64,000 bases of DNA from an uncultured Candidatus Saccharibacteria bacterium (GCA_964388775.1 CAYMBW010000001.1:71317-135316), one strand, 5' to 3'. Positions 8,188 to 16,657 are shown, counted from the stretch's first letter. Notes: generated by a model not told the origin, from the letters alone. Translations and numbers: made by a program.

Positions 8188-9240
8188 ATGGACTTATTTA
8201 ATCAAATAATTTCTTTAGAGAATTTATTTTTGGCTTGGGATAAATTCAAGAAAGGAAAGGGGAATAAATTAGATGTCCAGGAATTTGAATTTAATCTTGA
8301 AAAGAATATATTCCAACTTCACAAGGATCTTAAAAATAGATGCTATATCCATTCGCCATATGAAAGTTTTTTTATTAAAGATCCGAAAAGAAGGAATATC
8401 CATAAGGCCACTGTCCGAGATCGTGTAGTCCATCATGCTATATTTGCGATAATTAACCCGATTTTTGAGCCGACCTTTATTTCCAATTCTTTCTCTTGTA
8501 GGGTTGGCAAGGGAAATCATAAAGGCGTAGATGCCCTCGCAAGAATGATAAGGAAAGCAAGTAATAATGGTTTTAAAAATTGTTTTATTCTTAAATGCGA
8601 TATTAAAAATTTTTTTGGAACAATTGACCATAGAATTTTATTAGACATTGTCCGCAAGCGGATAAAAGACGATGACTCAATGCGGCTCTTGGAAGAAATT
8701 ATTGAAAGTTTTTCTTCCCAATATTCAACTCTTTTTGAACGAAAAGGTTTGCCGATAGGCAATTTAACTTCTCAATTGTTTGCCAATATCTACCTTAATA
8801 AATTTGACCAATTTATTAAGCACAAATTAAGGATTAAGAATTATCTAAGATATACTGATGATTTTGTAATTTTATCAGGAGATAAAATCTATTTAGGAAA
8901 ACTTATCTCAACGATTAGTTTATTTCTCTCGGATAATCTTGCTCTTAAATTACATCCTAAAAAAGTTACAATTCGCAAATTTCATCAAGGGATAGATTTC
9001 CTTGGCTACATACTTCTGCCGCATTATCGTCTTCTGCGGGCGAAAACAAGACGGCGAATATTTAGAAAGATAGGGGAGCGAATTAGGGAATATAAAAATG
9101 GGACAATCAGTGAGCAGTCCCTCGTACAATCATTACAATCATATCTTGGCGTCCTATCACATGCTAATACATATGAGCTTGAACAAGAATTGAGAAATCA
9201 ATTTTGGTTTTGGCTCAATTCGGTTCCGTCAACCCGATAG
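8188..9240 (+). CDS. DGR-class reverse transcriptase
   Basis: 'RDRVVHHA', 'LKCDIKNFF', DGR-typical 'GLPIGNLTSQ', catalytic 'RYTDDF', 'GIDFLGY'; no maturase or endonuclease domain. Confidence 0.96.
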   Translation: MDLFNQIISLENLFLAWDKFKKGKGNKLDVQEFEFNLEKNIFQLHKDLKNRCYIHSPYESFFIKDPKRRNIHKATVRDRVVHHAIFAIINPIFEPTFISNSFSCRVGKGNHKGVDALARMIRKASNNGFKNCFILKCDIKNFFGTIDHRILLDIVRKRIKDDDSMRLLEEIIESFSSQYSTLFERKGLPIGNLTSQLFANIYLNKFDQFIKHKLRIKNYLRYTDDFVILSGDKIYLGKLISTISLFLSDNLALKLHPKKVTIRKFHQGIDFLGYILLPHYRLLRAKTRRRIFRKIGERIREYKNGTISEQSLVQSLQSYLGVLSHANTYELEQELRNQFWFWLNSVPSTR

Positions 9241-9378
9241 TAAGCGATAGCACTCTTTCTATCCGTTCGTTCCATATGTTGCTACGCCACCTTGTTATGT
9301 GCGAGTCCTCTTTACATTGAGTGGAGCATAAAGTCAAATTTTGAAAATAATTGTTTGAAAATTATGGCGAGTGGGTAG

Positions 9379-9407
9379 TTGAAAACAAGCAGGAAATAGG
9401 GTAATAT
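9379..9407 (+). promoter_or_regulatory. Sigma70-type promoter for the TA-ruvA-murE run
   Basis: TTGAAA-17 nt-TAATAT. Confidence 0.55.
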
Positions 9408-9411
9408 TAAA

Positions 9412-9720
9412 GTGGATATGAAACAAATACCCCAATTTTTGCAGAAATATTTTTGGGATGTAGATTTTTTAACTCTAAATGTAAAACAGCATCCCCGATT
9501 TGTTATTGAGAGGATTTTAGAATACGGAGATAAAAAATCAATTAAATGGATGGAAGATAATTTTTCTTTAGGAGAAATTAAGAATACCCTTTTTATTTCT
9601 AAAAATCTTTCGCAAAAATCAGCCAATTTTTGGCAGCTTATTTTCGGCTTAGATAAAGATAAAATTCTATGCTTGAGGAAATCATTTCAAAAAAGACACA
9701 AAGCAATTTGGAGATATTAA
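9412..9720 (+). CDS. DUF6922-like putative antitoxin
   Basis: 'KYFWDVD...FVIERILEYGD'; overlaps the nucleotidyltransferase gene. Start may be ATG 9418. Confidence 0.75.
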   Translation: MDMKQIPQFLQKYFWDVDFLTLNVKQHPRFVIERILEYGDKKSIKWMEDNFSLGEIKNTLFISKNLSQKSANFWQLIFGLDKDKILCLRKSFQKRHKAIWRY

Positions 9721-10283
9721 TAAAATCAGACATAATTGCCGATTTTTATCTTGCCGGCGGGACAGGGTTGGCTTTATATTTAAACCATCGCCTTTCCGTT
9801 GATTTAGATTTTTTTAGCAAAAAAGAATTTGATAATAAATCCCTGCTTCAAGAGATTAAAAAAATAGGCAAATTTTCAATCGGGAAAGAGTCGGAGAATA
9901 CTTTAGCGGGTGTTTTTAATGATACAAAAATCGCTTTTTTGACATACGATTATCCTCTTCTTTTTCCATTAAAAAAAATTAGAAATATTAACGTTGCCGA
10001 TATCAAAGACATTGCTTGTATGAAAATCTCCGCGATTTCTTCGCGGGGCAGTAAAAAAGATTTTATTGATTTATACTTTATTTGCCAGCAGGGCATTTCA
10101 TTAAAACAGGTATTAATGCTGTTTGGAAGAAAATACAGGGGCATTGATTATAATATGATGCATATTTTGAAAAGTTTGGTCTTTTTTAATGACGCCGATA
10201 GCGACCCTATGCCAAAAATGTTGGTTCCTGTTACTTGGGAACAGGTCAAGAAATTTTTTCAAGGAAAAGTAAAAACAAATTAA
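9669..10283 (+). CDS. AbiEii/AbiGii-family nucleotidyltransferase toxin
   Basis: 'FYLAGGTGLAL..HRLSVDLDFF', 'KISAISSRGSKKDFIDLY'. Confidence 0.88.
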   Translation: MLEEIISKKTQSNLEILIKSDIIADFYLAGGTGLALYLNHRLSVDLDFFSKKEFDNKSLLQEIKKIGKFSIGKESENTLAGVFNDTKIAFLTYDYPLLFPLKKIRNINVADIKDIACMKISAISSRGSKKDFIDLYFICQQGISLKQVLMLFGRKYRGIDYNMMHILKSLVFFNDADSDPMPKMLVPVTWEQVKKFFQGKVKTN

Positions 10284-10852
10284 TGATTTCTTTTATCAGA
10301 GGCAATATCAGAGCGAAAAATGAGGAATTTGTTATTGTCGAAAACAATGATATTGGTTTTAAGGTTTTTGTTTCTCCCAAGACCCTGGAAAAATTGAGTA
10401 TAGGAGAGACCGTAGAATTTTTTATCTTTTTTGCCATTCGCAACGAAAAACCGGAATTATATGGTTCCTTAAGCCAGGAAGAACTGAAAGTTTTTGAAAT
10501 AATAGAAAAAGTTTCCGGGGTCGGCCCCAAAGGAGCGATGCTTATTGCTTCATTGGGGACATTTGACGAGCTTAAAAAAGCGATAGAAATTCAAGATTTC
10601 GAATTTTTTTCCAAGATTAAAGGAATTGGGAAGAAAAAAATCCAAAAGATTATTTTAGAATTAGGCGGGACCATAAGAAGGATTGAAGAAATTGGAAACA
10701 AAGACCTTCAAAACGACGAAGCGTTTAAAGGATTGCTGGCATTAGGGTTTTCTTCCAAGGAAGCGGGAAAGGCGCTGGATAATGTTCCAAAGGATGTAAA
10801 AGACGCAAGCCAAAGGGTTCAGCAGGCCTTAAGGCGCTTCACAAAAAAATGA
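10283..10852 (+). CDS. ruvA: Holliday junction branch migration protein RuvA
   Basis: 'MISFIRG', HhH motifs 'VSGVGPK' and 'IKGIGKK', 'GLLALGFS'; ATG overlaps the upstream stop. Confidence 0.93.
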   Translation: MISFIRGNIRAKNEEFVIVENNDIGFKVFVSPKTLEKLSIGETVEFFIFFAIRNEKPELYGSLSQEELKVFEIIEKVSGVGPKGAMLIASLGTFDELKKAIEIQDFEFFSKIKGIGKKKIQKIILELGGTIRRIEEIGNKDLQNDEAFKGLLALGFSSKEAGKALDNVPKDVKDASQRVQQALRRFTKK

Positions 10853-12138
10853 CAAAGAGAATTTTAAAAAAGATTATTCCCCAATTTTTCCTAAACTGGT
10901 ATTACCAGTTTTTTCCTCTATTAGGCGCTGTCTTGTATCGTTTTCCATCAAGAAAGATAATGGTGGTCGGAGTGACCGGAACTAACGGAAAATCCACGAC
11001 CGTTCAGTTGGTTTCAGATGTTTTGAGACAGGCGGGGTTCAACGTTGCTTCTATTTCTTCAATTCGTTTTCAGACAGGAGACGAGATATTGCCGAACAAG
11101 CTTAAAATGACGATGCCCGGTCGATGTAAACTTCAGCGTTTTTTGAGAAAAGCGGTCAATAGCGGATGCCAGTATGCTGTGCTGGAAGTGACTTCTGAAG
11201 GAATCAAGCAGTTCCGCCATAAATTTATTAACTTTGACGCGACAATTTTTACTAATTTAGAGAAAGAACACATTGAGTCGCATGGTTCGTTTGAAAAATA
11301 TAAGCAAGCTAAAGGAAAACTATTTCAAATATCCGGAATCAAAACTTCTATAATCAATTTGGACGATGGTTATACTGATTACTTTTTGAGTTTTCCGATC
11401 AAGGAGAAATGGGGATACCAAATGAAGTCAAAAGTTAAAAGTCAAAAATTAAAAATGAAAAATCCAAATTTGAATATCGTGGAGGGGGAGGAAATAAAAC
11501 TTTTTGAGGACCATTCTGAATTTTTTGTAAACGGACAAGATTTTTCCATCTCATTAGTGGGAGAGTTTAATATTTATAATGCTTTAGCAGCAATTTCTTT
11601 TGGGCTGTCGCAGGGGATAGATTTAAATGTGATGGCAGAGGCGCTGAAAAAAACAGAAGGGCTTTCAGGCAGAATGGAGTTTGTAATAAAAGAGCCGTTC
11701 CGGGTGGTAGTGGATTATGCCCACACGCCCAAAGCGCTTGAAAATGTATACAAAACGCTTTCTATTGGGAAACCGCAGAATGGCAAAAGCAAACTGATAT
11801 GTGTTTTGGGCTCTTGCGGAGGAGGGAGGGATAAGTGGAAGAGGCCGGTATTTGGGGCCTTGGCAGGACAATATTGCGATAGGATTATTTTAACCAACGA
11901 AGACCCTTATGACGAAGACCCGATTCAAATTATTGAGCAGGTTGAAGCGGGCGTTCCGCAGGGCGCTGATTATGAGAAAATTTTTGACAGGCGCGAGGCG
12001 ATTAAAAGAGCGTTGTCTTCAGCTAATCCCGGAGACACGATAGTTGTTACCGGTAAGGGCGGCGAGCCCTGGATTTGTGTAGCTGGAGGGAAAAAAATTC
12101 CTTGGGACGACCGGCAGATAGTCAGGGAAGAATTGTAA
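10849..12138 (+). CDS. murE: UDP-MurNAc-tripeptide synthetase (MurE-like)
   Basis: 'GVTGTNGKST', 'VVVDYAHTP', 'GGGRDKWKR', 'TNEDP'. Confidence 0.88.
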   Translation: MTKRILKKIIPQFFLNWYYQFFPLLGAVLYRFPSRKIMVVGVTGTNGKSTTVQLVSDVLRQAGFNVASISSIRFQTGDEILPNKLKMTMPGRCKLQRFLRKAVNSGCQYAVLEVTSEGIKQFRHKFINFDATIFTNLEKEHIESHGSFEKYKQAKGKLFQISGIKTSIINLDDGYTDYFLSFPIKEKWGYQMKSKVKSQKLKMKNPNLNIVEGEEIKLFEDHSEFFVNGQDFSISLVGEFNIYNALAAISFGLSQGIDLNVMAEALKKTEGLSGRMEFVIKEPFRVVVDYAHTPKALENVYKTLSIGKPQNGKSKLICVLGSCGGGRDKWKRPVFGALAGQYCDRIILTNEDPYDEDPIQIIEQVEAGVPQGADYEKIFDRREAIKRALSSANPGDTIVVTGKGGEPWICVAGGKKIPWDDRQIVREEL

Positions 12139-12238
12139 AAAAAGGATTAAAGCTTGCAAAAACAAAGAATTTTGCTAAAGTGTCATTAACCATTAATCAT
12201 TGGTGGTTGCAAAGGGAGAATAAAGAATTAAAAAATTT

Positions 12239-12472
12239 ATGAATAAAAGAATGCCCAAAAGCGTTAGCAAGCATATTCGTCAAGAAAAGGCTCGTATTCG
12301 CAGGGAGAATTCAGATCCCGGAATTAAAGAAGAGATGATTAAACATTTATATGCTCAGTTTAATCCCGTGGCGCAGAAAGAGACAACATCTAAAAAAACA
12401 GACCCAAAACCAAAAATTTTAAAAACGTTTAAAAAAGCAAAGATGCTTAAAAAAGTAAAAACGCCCAAATGA
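12239..12472 (+). CDS. Small basic hypothetical protein
   Basis: 'PKSVSKHIRQEKARIRR'; stop overlaps the next gene's start. Confidence 0.65.
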   Translation: MNKRMPKSVSKHIRQEKARIRRENSDPGIKEEMIKHLYAQFNPVAQKETTSKKTDPKPKILKTFKKAKMLKKVKTPK

Positions 12473-13422
12473 TGAGAATAAAAGATATCTATAATTTAGC
12501 TCTTCAGATGGGGATAGCTGCTGACCTTAGGGGAAAAGAAGCGGTAGAAAGATTTTTAAGCAAAAAACAGCGCGATTATGAAAAGCTTTCTGAAAAAGAA
12601 AAGCAGAATTTTGATTTAGAAATGCTCCAAAATCCTTATTCTGATTCCCGTATTTTAAATATATCTGATGACAGAGAGATAAAAAGGATTTTAGTCGGGA
12701 TAGACATAGACCCGGCTGAACTTTTAATGGCAAAAGAAATCGGGAATATTGATTTGATGATTTCTCATCACCCATTGGGAAAGGCCTTAGCCACTCTCCA
12801 TGAAGTGATGGAGCTTCAATGTGAGGTTCTCTCTCAATATGGCGTTCCGATAAATATAGCAGAGGGGTTGATGAAAGAGAAGATATCAGAGGTGGCTCGG
12901 GGCCTGAATAAATCAAATTCCGAAAGAACGGTTGATGCGGCTAAGCTTTTGAAATCTAATTTAATTTGTCTCCATACGGTTTGCGATAATCTGGCAGCCG
13001 ATTTTCTAAAAAAAGCTATTGAGAGCCATGGGCCGGAAACAGTGGGAGAGCTACTGGAGATTATAGAAAAGATTCCTGAATACCAATTATCGGCTAAAAA
13101 TGGAATTGGGCCTAAGATTTTTGTGGGCAAGGAAGAAAACCGTTGCGGGAAAATTGCTTTTACTGAAATCACCGGAGGCACCGAGGGCTCGCCAAAACTT
13201 TATGAAAAGATGGCGCAGGCAGGGATTGGAACTGTTGTCGGAATGCATGTTTCGGAAGAGCATAGGAAAGAGGCCGAGTCAGCTCTTATCAATATGGTAA
13301 TAGCCGGGCATATGCCCTCCGATTCTTTAGGCGTAAATTTATTTTTAGATGAGCTGGAGAAAAGAGGCATTGAGATTATCCCTTGTTCCGGCCTGATTAG
13401 AGTTTCCCGTATTAATAACTAA
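12469..13422 (+). CDS. NIF3-like (NGG1p-interacting factor 3) metal-binding protein
   Basis: 'ISHHP', 'LHTVCDN', 'AGHMPSDSLG'. Confidence 0.8.
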   Translation: MMRIKDIYNLALQMGIAADLRGKEAVERFLSKKQRDYEKLSEKEKQNFDLEMLQNPYSDSRILNISDDREIKRILVGIDIDPAELLMAKEIGNIDLMISHHPLGKALATLHEVMELQCEVLSQYGVPINIAEGLMKEKISEVARGLNKSNSERTVDAAKLLKSNLICLHTVCDNLAADFLKKAIESHGPETVGELLEIIEKIPEYQLSAKNGIGPKIFVGKEENRCGKIAFTEITGGTEGSPKLYEKMAQAGIGTVVGMHVSEEHRKEAESALINMVIAGHMPSDSLGVNLFLDELEKRGIEIIPCSGLIRVSRINN

Positions 13423-13656
13423 CCCGCCCGGGGCGGGCGAGTGATTAATGATAAATAATCAATAATTAATAATTGGCCATGGGCCGATTTTTTGTTATAA
13501 TAAAGTCATATAATAAAATAAGATGAAAAAATATTTTTCCAAACAAGCCAAAAGAGGCAAGGCGGGCAATACTGCCTTTAGAACCCCTTCTCCTTTTATC
13601 AGCAGAAAATGTCAGACAAAGCGCAAGATAATTCAAGGGAAATAAAAAACGAAGAA

Positions 13657-15258
13657 TTATTTTAGCTTTTTTATCATATATGTGTCTTTGAGAAAATAGC
13701 CGAGATGTCTGTAATAATCTCTTACCCCGACCCCGGAAATGACGGCAATATTTTTCAAACCGAATTCTTTTTGAACAATTTTTTCCGCTTCTTTCATTAA
13801 TCTCTTCCCAAGCCCTTGATGCTGGGGAGCTTTTGTTCTTTGGGAGATGGGCACTAATTTTCCATAAGTGTGAAGTTCCCTTATAATGCCGGAGTCCTTC
13901 AGGGCCGGCAGGACAATTTGGCCGGGAATCCTTAGGCGCAATAAACTGTGGATACGAGTTCGGTCTTTATTCTCAAAACTTAAGAATATCTCCTTTCCCT
14001 TGGAGGCCTCATAATCAGTCCGGAAAAGATATATTTTTTCTTTTGGATTGTAGTTGTCTTTAACTTCCCTGCATCTGATGCATTTGCATCGCCATCCTTG
14101 CTGTTTTGCGATTATTGTTATCATTTGCCTTAAATTAGATGTTTTGGTTCCGCCCTGCACCACATATTGGGAGGGGATGTCTCGGACAATTCTCTGTATC
14201 CGGCAGTAATACGGAACTGTTTTTTTGATTGCAATTATAATTTCCAAGAGCTGTTTTTCTGTGTACGGCTTGTATCCCTGTTTTTTCCAGATGTTATATA
14301 AAGGAGCTTTTTTTAGCAGGGCGCAGGGATATATTTTTAAATAATCAGGCCTAAAATCCGGATTAGAGAAAAGCTCTTTGAACATCTCAACATCCTTGTT
14401 GGGGGCGGCCCCCAACAGGTTGGGCATCATTTGAAAACAAATTTTGAAACCGGCATCTTTCAAGAGCCGGGTTGCCCTTATCGTCGCATCAATATTGTGC
14501 CCCCTTTTGTTTAACTTTAAAACACTGTCATAAACGCTCTGAACACCGAGCTCAACCCTTGTTATGCCCAGTTCTCTTAATCGTCTTATTTCTTTTCCAT
14601 CAATAAAATCCGGTCTTGTTTCAATTGTTATTCCGATTATTCTATGTTTGGCCTTTTCGTTTTCTTTTTGGGCATCCTTTAATTTTTTATTTTTTAGTTT
14701 CCGTTTTATATTTTCCGTTTTACATTTTTCATTATATTCGTTCGCCCCCCTAAAACATTCTTTAATAAACCAATTCTGGTAATTTTTCGGGTAAAAAGAC
14801 CAGGTTCCGCCGATAATCCTTAAATCAATTTTGTCGGTAGGGTGACCGATTGCTTCCAGGGCCTTGATTCTTACCTGAACCTGTTGAAAAGGACGGTACT
14901 TCATCATTATGGCCCGGGCCACGGCCGGCTCTTCTTTCAAATAACTTTTTGGAACTTTATCTTGGCTTGGGCAGAAAATACATTTTCCCGGACAGGGGAA
15001 AGCTTTTGTGAGTACGGCAACAATAACTATTCCTGAAAGCGAGCGGATTTTTCTGATTCGCAAAACTTCCTCAATTTTCGGATTGGGCTTTAATCTTTTA
15101 TCTTTGATTAAGATGTGATAAGCTTCTAATAATTGGGAGTTGGGAATCATTTTTGCGCTTTTTTTCTTGGAATAGAAACGTTTTAGGGAATTCAAAATTT
15201 CAGAGTTCAAGACCTTTTCCTTAGTAAGAGCAATAATGATTTCTTTCGCCGGTTCCAT
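13657..15258 (-). CDS. elp3: Elp3-family tRNA uridine(34) acetyl/carboxymethyltransferase (radical SAM + KAT)
   Basis: 'CPGKCIFCP', 'ETRPD', 'ELGVQS', 'LKIYP', 'IRELHTYG', 'QHQGLGKRLM', 'VISGVGVRDYY'. Confidence 0.93.
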   Translation of the reverse strand: MEPAKEIIIALTKEKVLNSEILNSLKRFYSKKKSAKMIPNSQLLEAYHILIKDKRLKPNPKIEEVLRIRKIRSLSGIVIVAVLTKAFPCPGKCIFCPSQDKVPKSYLKEEPAVARAIMMKYRPFQQVQVRIKALEAIGHPTDKIDLRIIGGTWSFYPKNYQNWFIKECFRGANEYNEKCKTENIKRKLKNKKLKDAQKENEKAKHRIIGITIETRPDFIDGKEIRRLRELGITRVELGVQSVYDSVLKLNKRGHNIDATIRATRLLKDAGFKICFQMMPNLLGAAPNKDVEMFKELFSNPDFRPDYLKIYPCALLKKAPLYNIWKKQGYKPYTEKQLLEIIIAIKKTVPYYCRIQRIVRDIPSQYVVQGGTKTSNLRQMITIIAKQQGWRCKCIRCREVKDNYNPKEKIYLFRTDYEASKGKEIFLSFENKDRTRIHSLLRLRIPGQIVLPALKDSGIIRELHTYGKLVPISQRTKAPQHQGLGKRLMKEAEKIVQKEFGLKNIAVISGVGVRDYYRHLGYFLKDTYMIKKLK

Positions 15259-15261
15259 GTT

Positions 15262-15969
15262 ATGAAAAGCGATTACGCGGAATTTTTATTAGAGAAGACG
15301 AGGCGGGATTATGACGCGATTGCGGATGATTTTGATAAAAAACGGGATTATCTCCCCCCTGATTTTGCGATTTTACAGGATTATGTTGACAAGGGGGATA
15401 AGATTTTGGATTTGGGCTGCGGAAACGGACGACTTAAAGAAGTAATCGGAGACCGGGCTGATTATCACGGAACAGATATCTCCGGTTCTCTCATCAGAAT
15501 CGCTAAAAAGAAATATCCGGATGCCAATTTTTTTGTCAGCAAGCCGTTATCCCTGCCCTTTGAGGATAATTTTTTTGACAAGGTTTTTTGTTTGGCTGTT
15601 TTTCATCATATCCCATCAGTAAGGATAAGAAAAGAGTTTTTAAAGGAAATCAGGCGGGTTTTAAAGCCCGAAGCCCGGATTATCTTAACTGTCTGGGATT
15701 TAAATGGCAGCAAGAAAGCAAAGCGACTTTTATTAAAGTACACCCTGCTCAAATTAACAGGCAGGTCCAAACTTGATTTTAAAGATATTTTTTATCCCTG
15801 GAAGAACAGCGCCGGAAAAGTTGTCATAAACAGGTATATTCATATTTTCTCGGAAAAGGAGCTGGAAGAGATTATTAAAAGCGCCGGATTTATAATAAAA
15901 GAAAAGGGCATTTTGGAAAGAAGTCAAAAAGGAAAGAATATTTTTATAATCGCCCAAAAACCAAAATAG
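15262..15969 (+). CDS. Class I SAM methyltransferase resembling Trm9/ALKBH8 tRNA U34 methyltransferases
   Basis: 'LDLGCGNGR', 'AVFHHIP', 'LTVW', 'YPWK', 'RYIHIFSEKEL'. Confidence 0.75.
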   Translation: MKSDYAEFLLEKTRRDYDAIADDFDKKRDYLPPDFAILQDYVDKGDKILDLGCGNGRLKEVIGDRADYHGTDISGSLIRIAKKKYPDANFFVSKPLSLPFEDNFFDKVFCLAVFHHIPSVRIRKEFLKEIRRVLKPEARIILTVWDLNGSKKAKRLLLKYTLLKLTGRSKLDFKDIFYPWKNSAGKVVINRYIHIFSEKELEEIIKSAGFIIKEKGILERSQKGKNIFIIAQKPK

Positions 15970-16024
15970 TTATAACTTTGTAACTTTGGAAACCAGTTGG
16001 GAACCTGGTTCCCAAAATGAGTCA

Positions 16025-16096
16025 GTCCCTGTGGTTCAACGGATAAAACACCTCCCTCCGGAGGAGGAAATGGCTGTTCGAATCAGCCCAGGGACA
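16025..16096 (+). tRNA. tRNA-Arg(CCG)
   Basis: Acceptor GTCCCTG/CAGGGAC, anticodon arm CCTCC-CTCCGGA-GGAGG, T-loop TTCGAAT; CCA not encoded. Confidence 0.92.
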
Positions 16097-16370
16097 CAAA
16101 AGTCCATGGGAGGAAGCATGGAGGGAAGTCCGACTTCCCCCTTTCCCTCGGAATAATTAACCTACAAATCATACTTGATTTTGGTCAGAAATTAAATGAC
16201 TTAACCAATGCCCCTATGTGCCCTTATGGTTAGATTTTAGATGATTCAATGCGAGGCATCGCAAGAATAGAGATTTTTTGGTATAATAAACAAAAGAAAG
16301 GTCGGGTTAAGGTTAATTATTAATCGTTTATCACTAATTAATAATTACTTATCATTAATTGTTATCAACT

Positions 16371-16634
16371 ATGCCTGAAGAGGAAATCGAAGGTAAACTA
16401 ATCGGTAAAGTCATTCATTTTTTTGACAAGATTCAAGTTGCGGTGATTGAGCTTTCTGGTCCCCTCAAGACAGGAGACGCGGTCAGGATTATCGGTGGCG
16501 ATACGGACTTTGAACAAACGATAGAATCAATGCAAGTTGACCATAAAGAGATAGTAAAAGCCAAGAAGGGAGATGAAGTTGGATTGAAAATTTCTGAAAA
16601 AGTAAGGGAGGGCTACCGAGTTTATAAAATTTAG
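16371..16634 (+). CDS. Small beta-barrel protein (translation-factor domain II / U32 C-terminal-like)
   Basis: 'IGKVIHFFDKIQVAVIEL...ESMQVDH...GDEVGLK'. Confidence 0.7.
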   Translation: MPEEEIEGKLIGKVIHFFDKIQVAVIELSGPLKTGDAVRIIGGDTDFEQTIESMQVDHKEIVKAKKGDEVGLKISEKVREGYRVYKI

Positions 16635-16657
16635 CGACTTAACCAGTTTTTCCCAAA

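Larger units (their letters stand above)
6082..9405. mobile_element. Diversity-generating retroelement cassette (target-VR / TR / avd / RT) bounded by an imperfect 28-bp direct repeat
   Basis: All DGR components are present; flanks 6082-6109 and 9378-9405 match at 24/28 positions. Confidence 0.9.

Noticed and set aside
8188-9240. RT as a group II intron, retron or CRISPR-associated RT
   Set aside because: No maturase/endonuclease domain or cas genes; the SQ motif, avd and TR/VR identify a DGR.
16025-16096. tRNA-Arg as the direct substrate of the adjacent Elp3/methyltransferase, or as an integration site
   Set aside because: The CCG anticodon has C34, not U34; no duplicated tRNA 3' end was seen.
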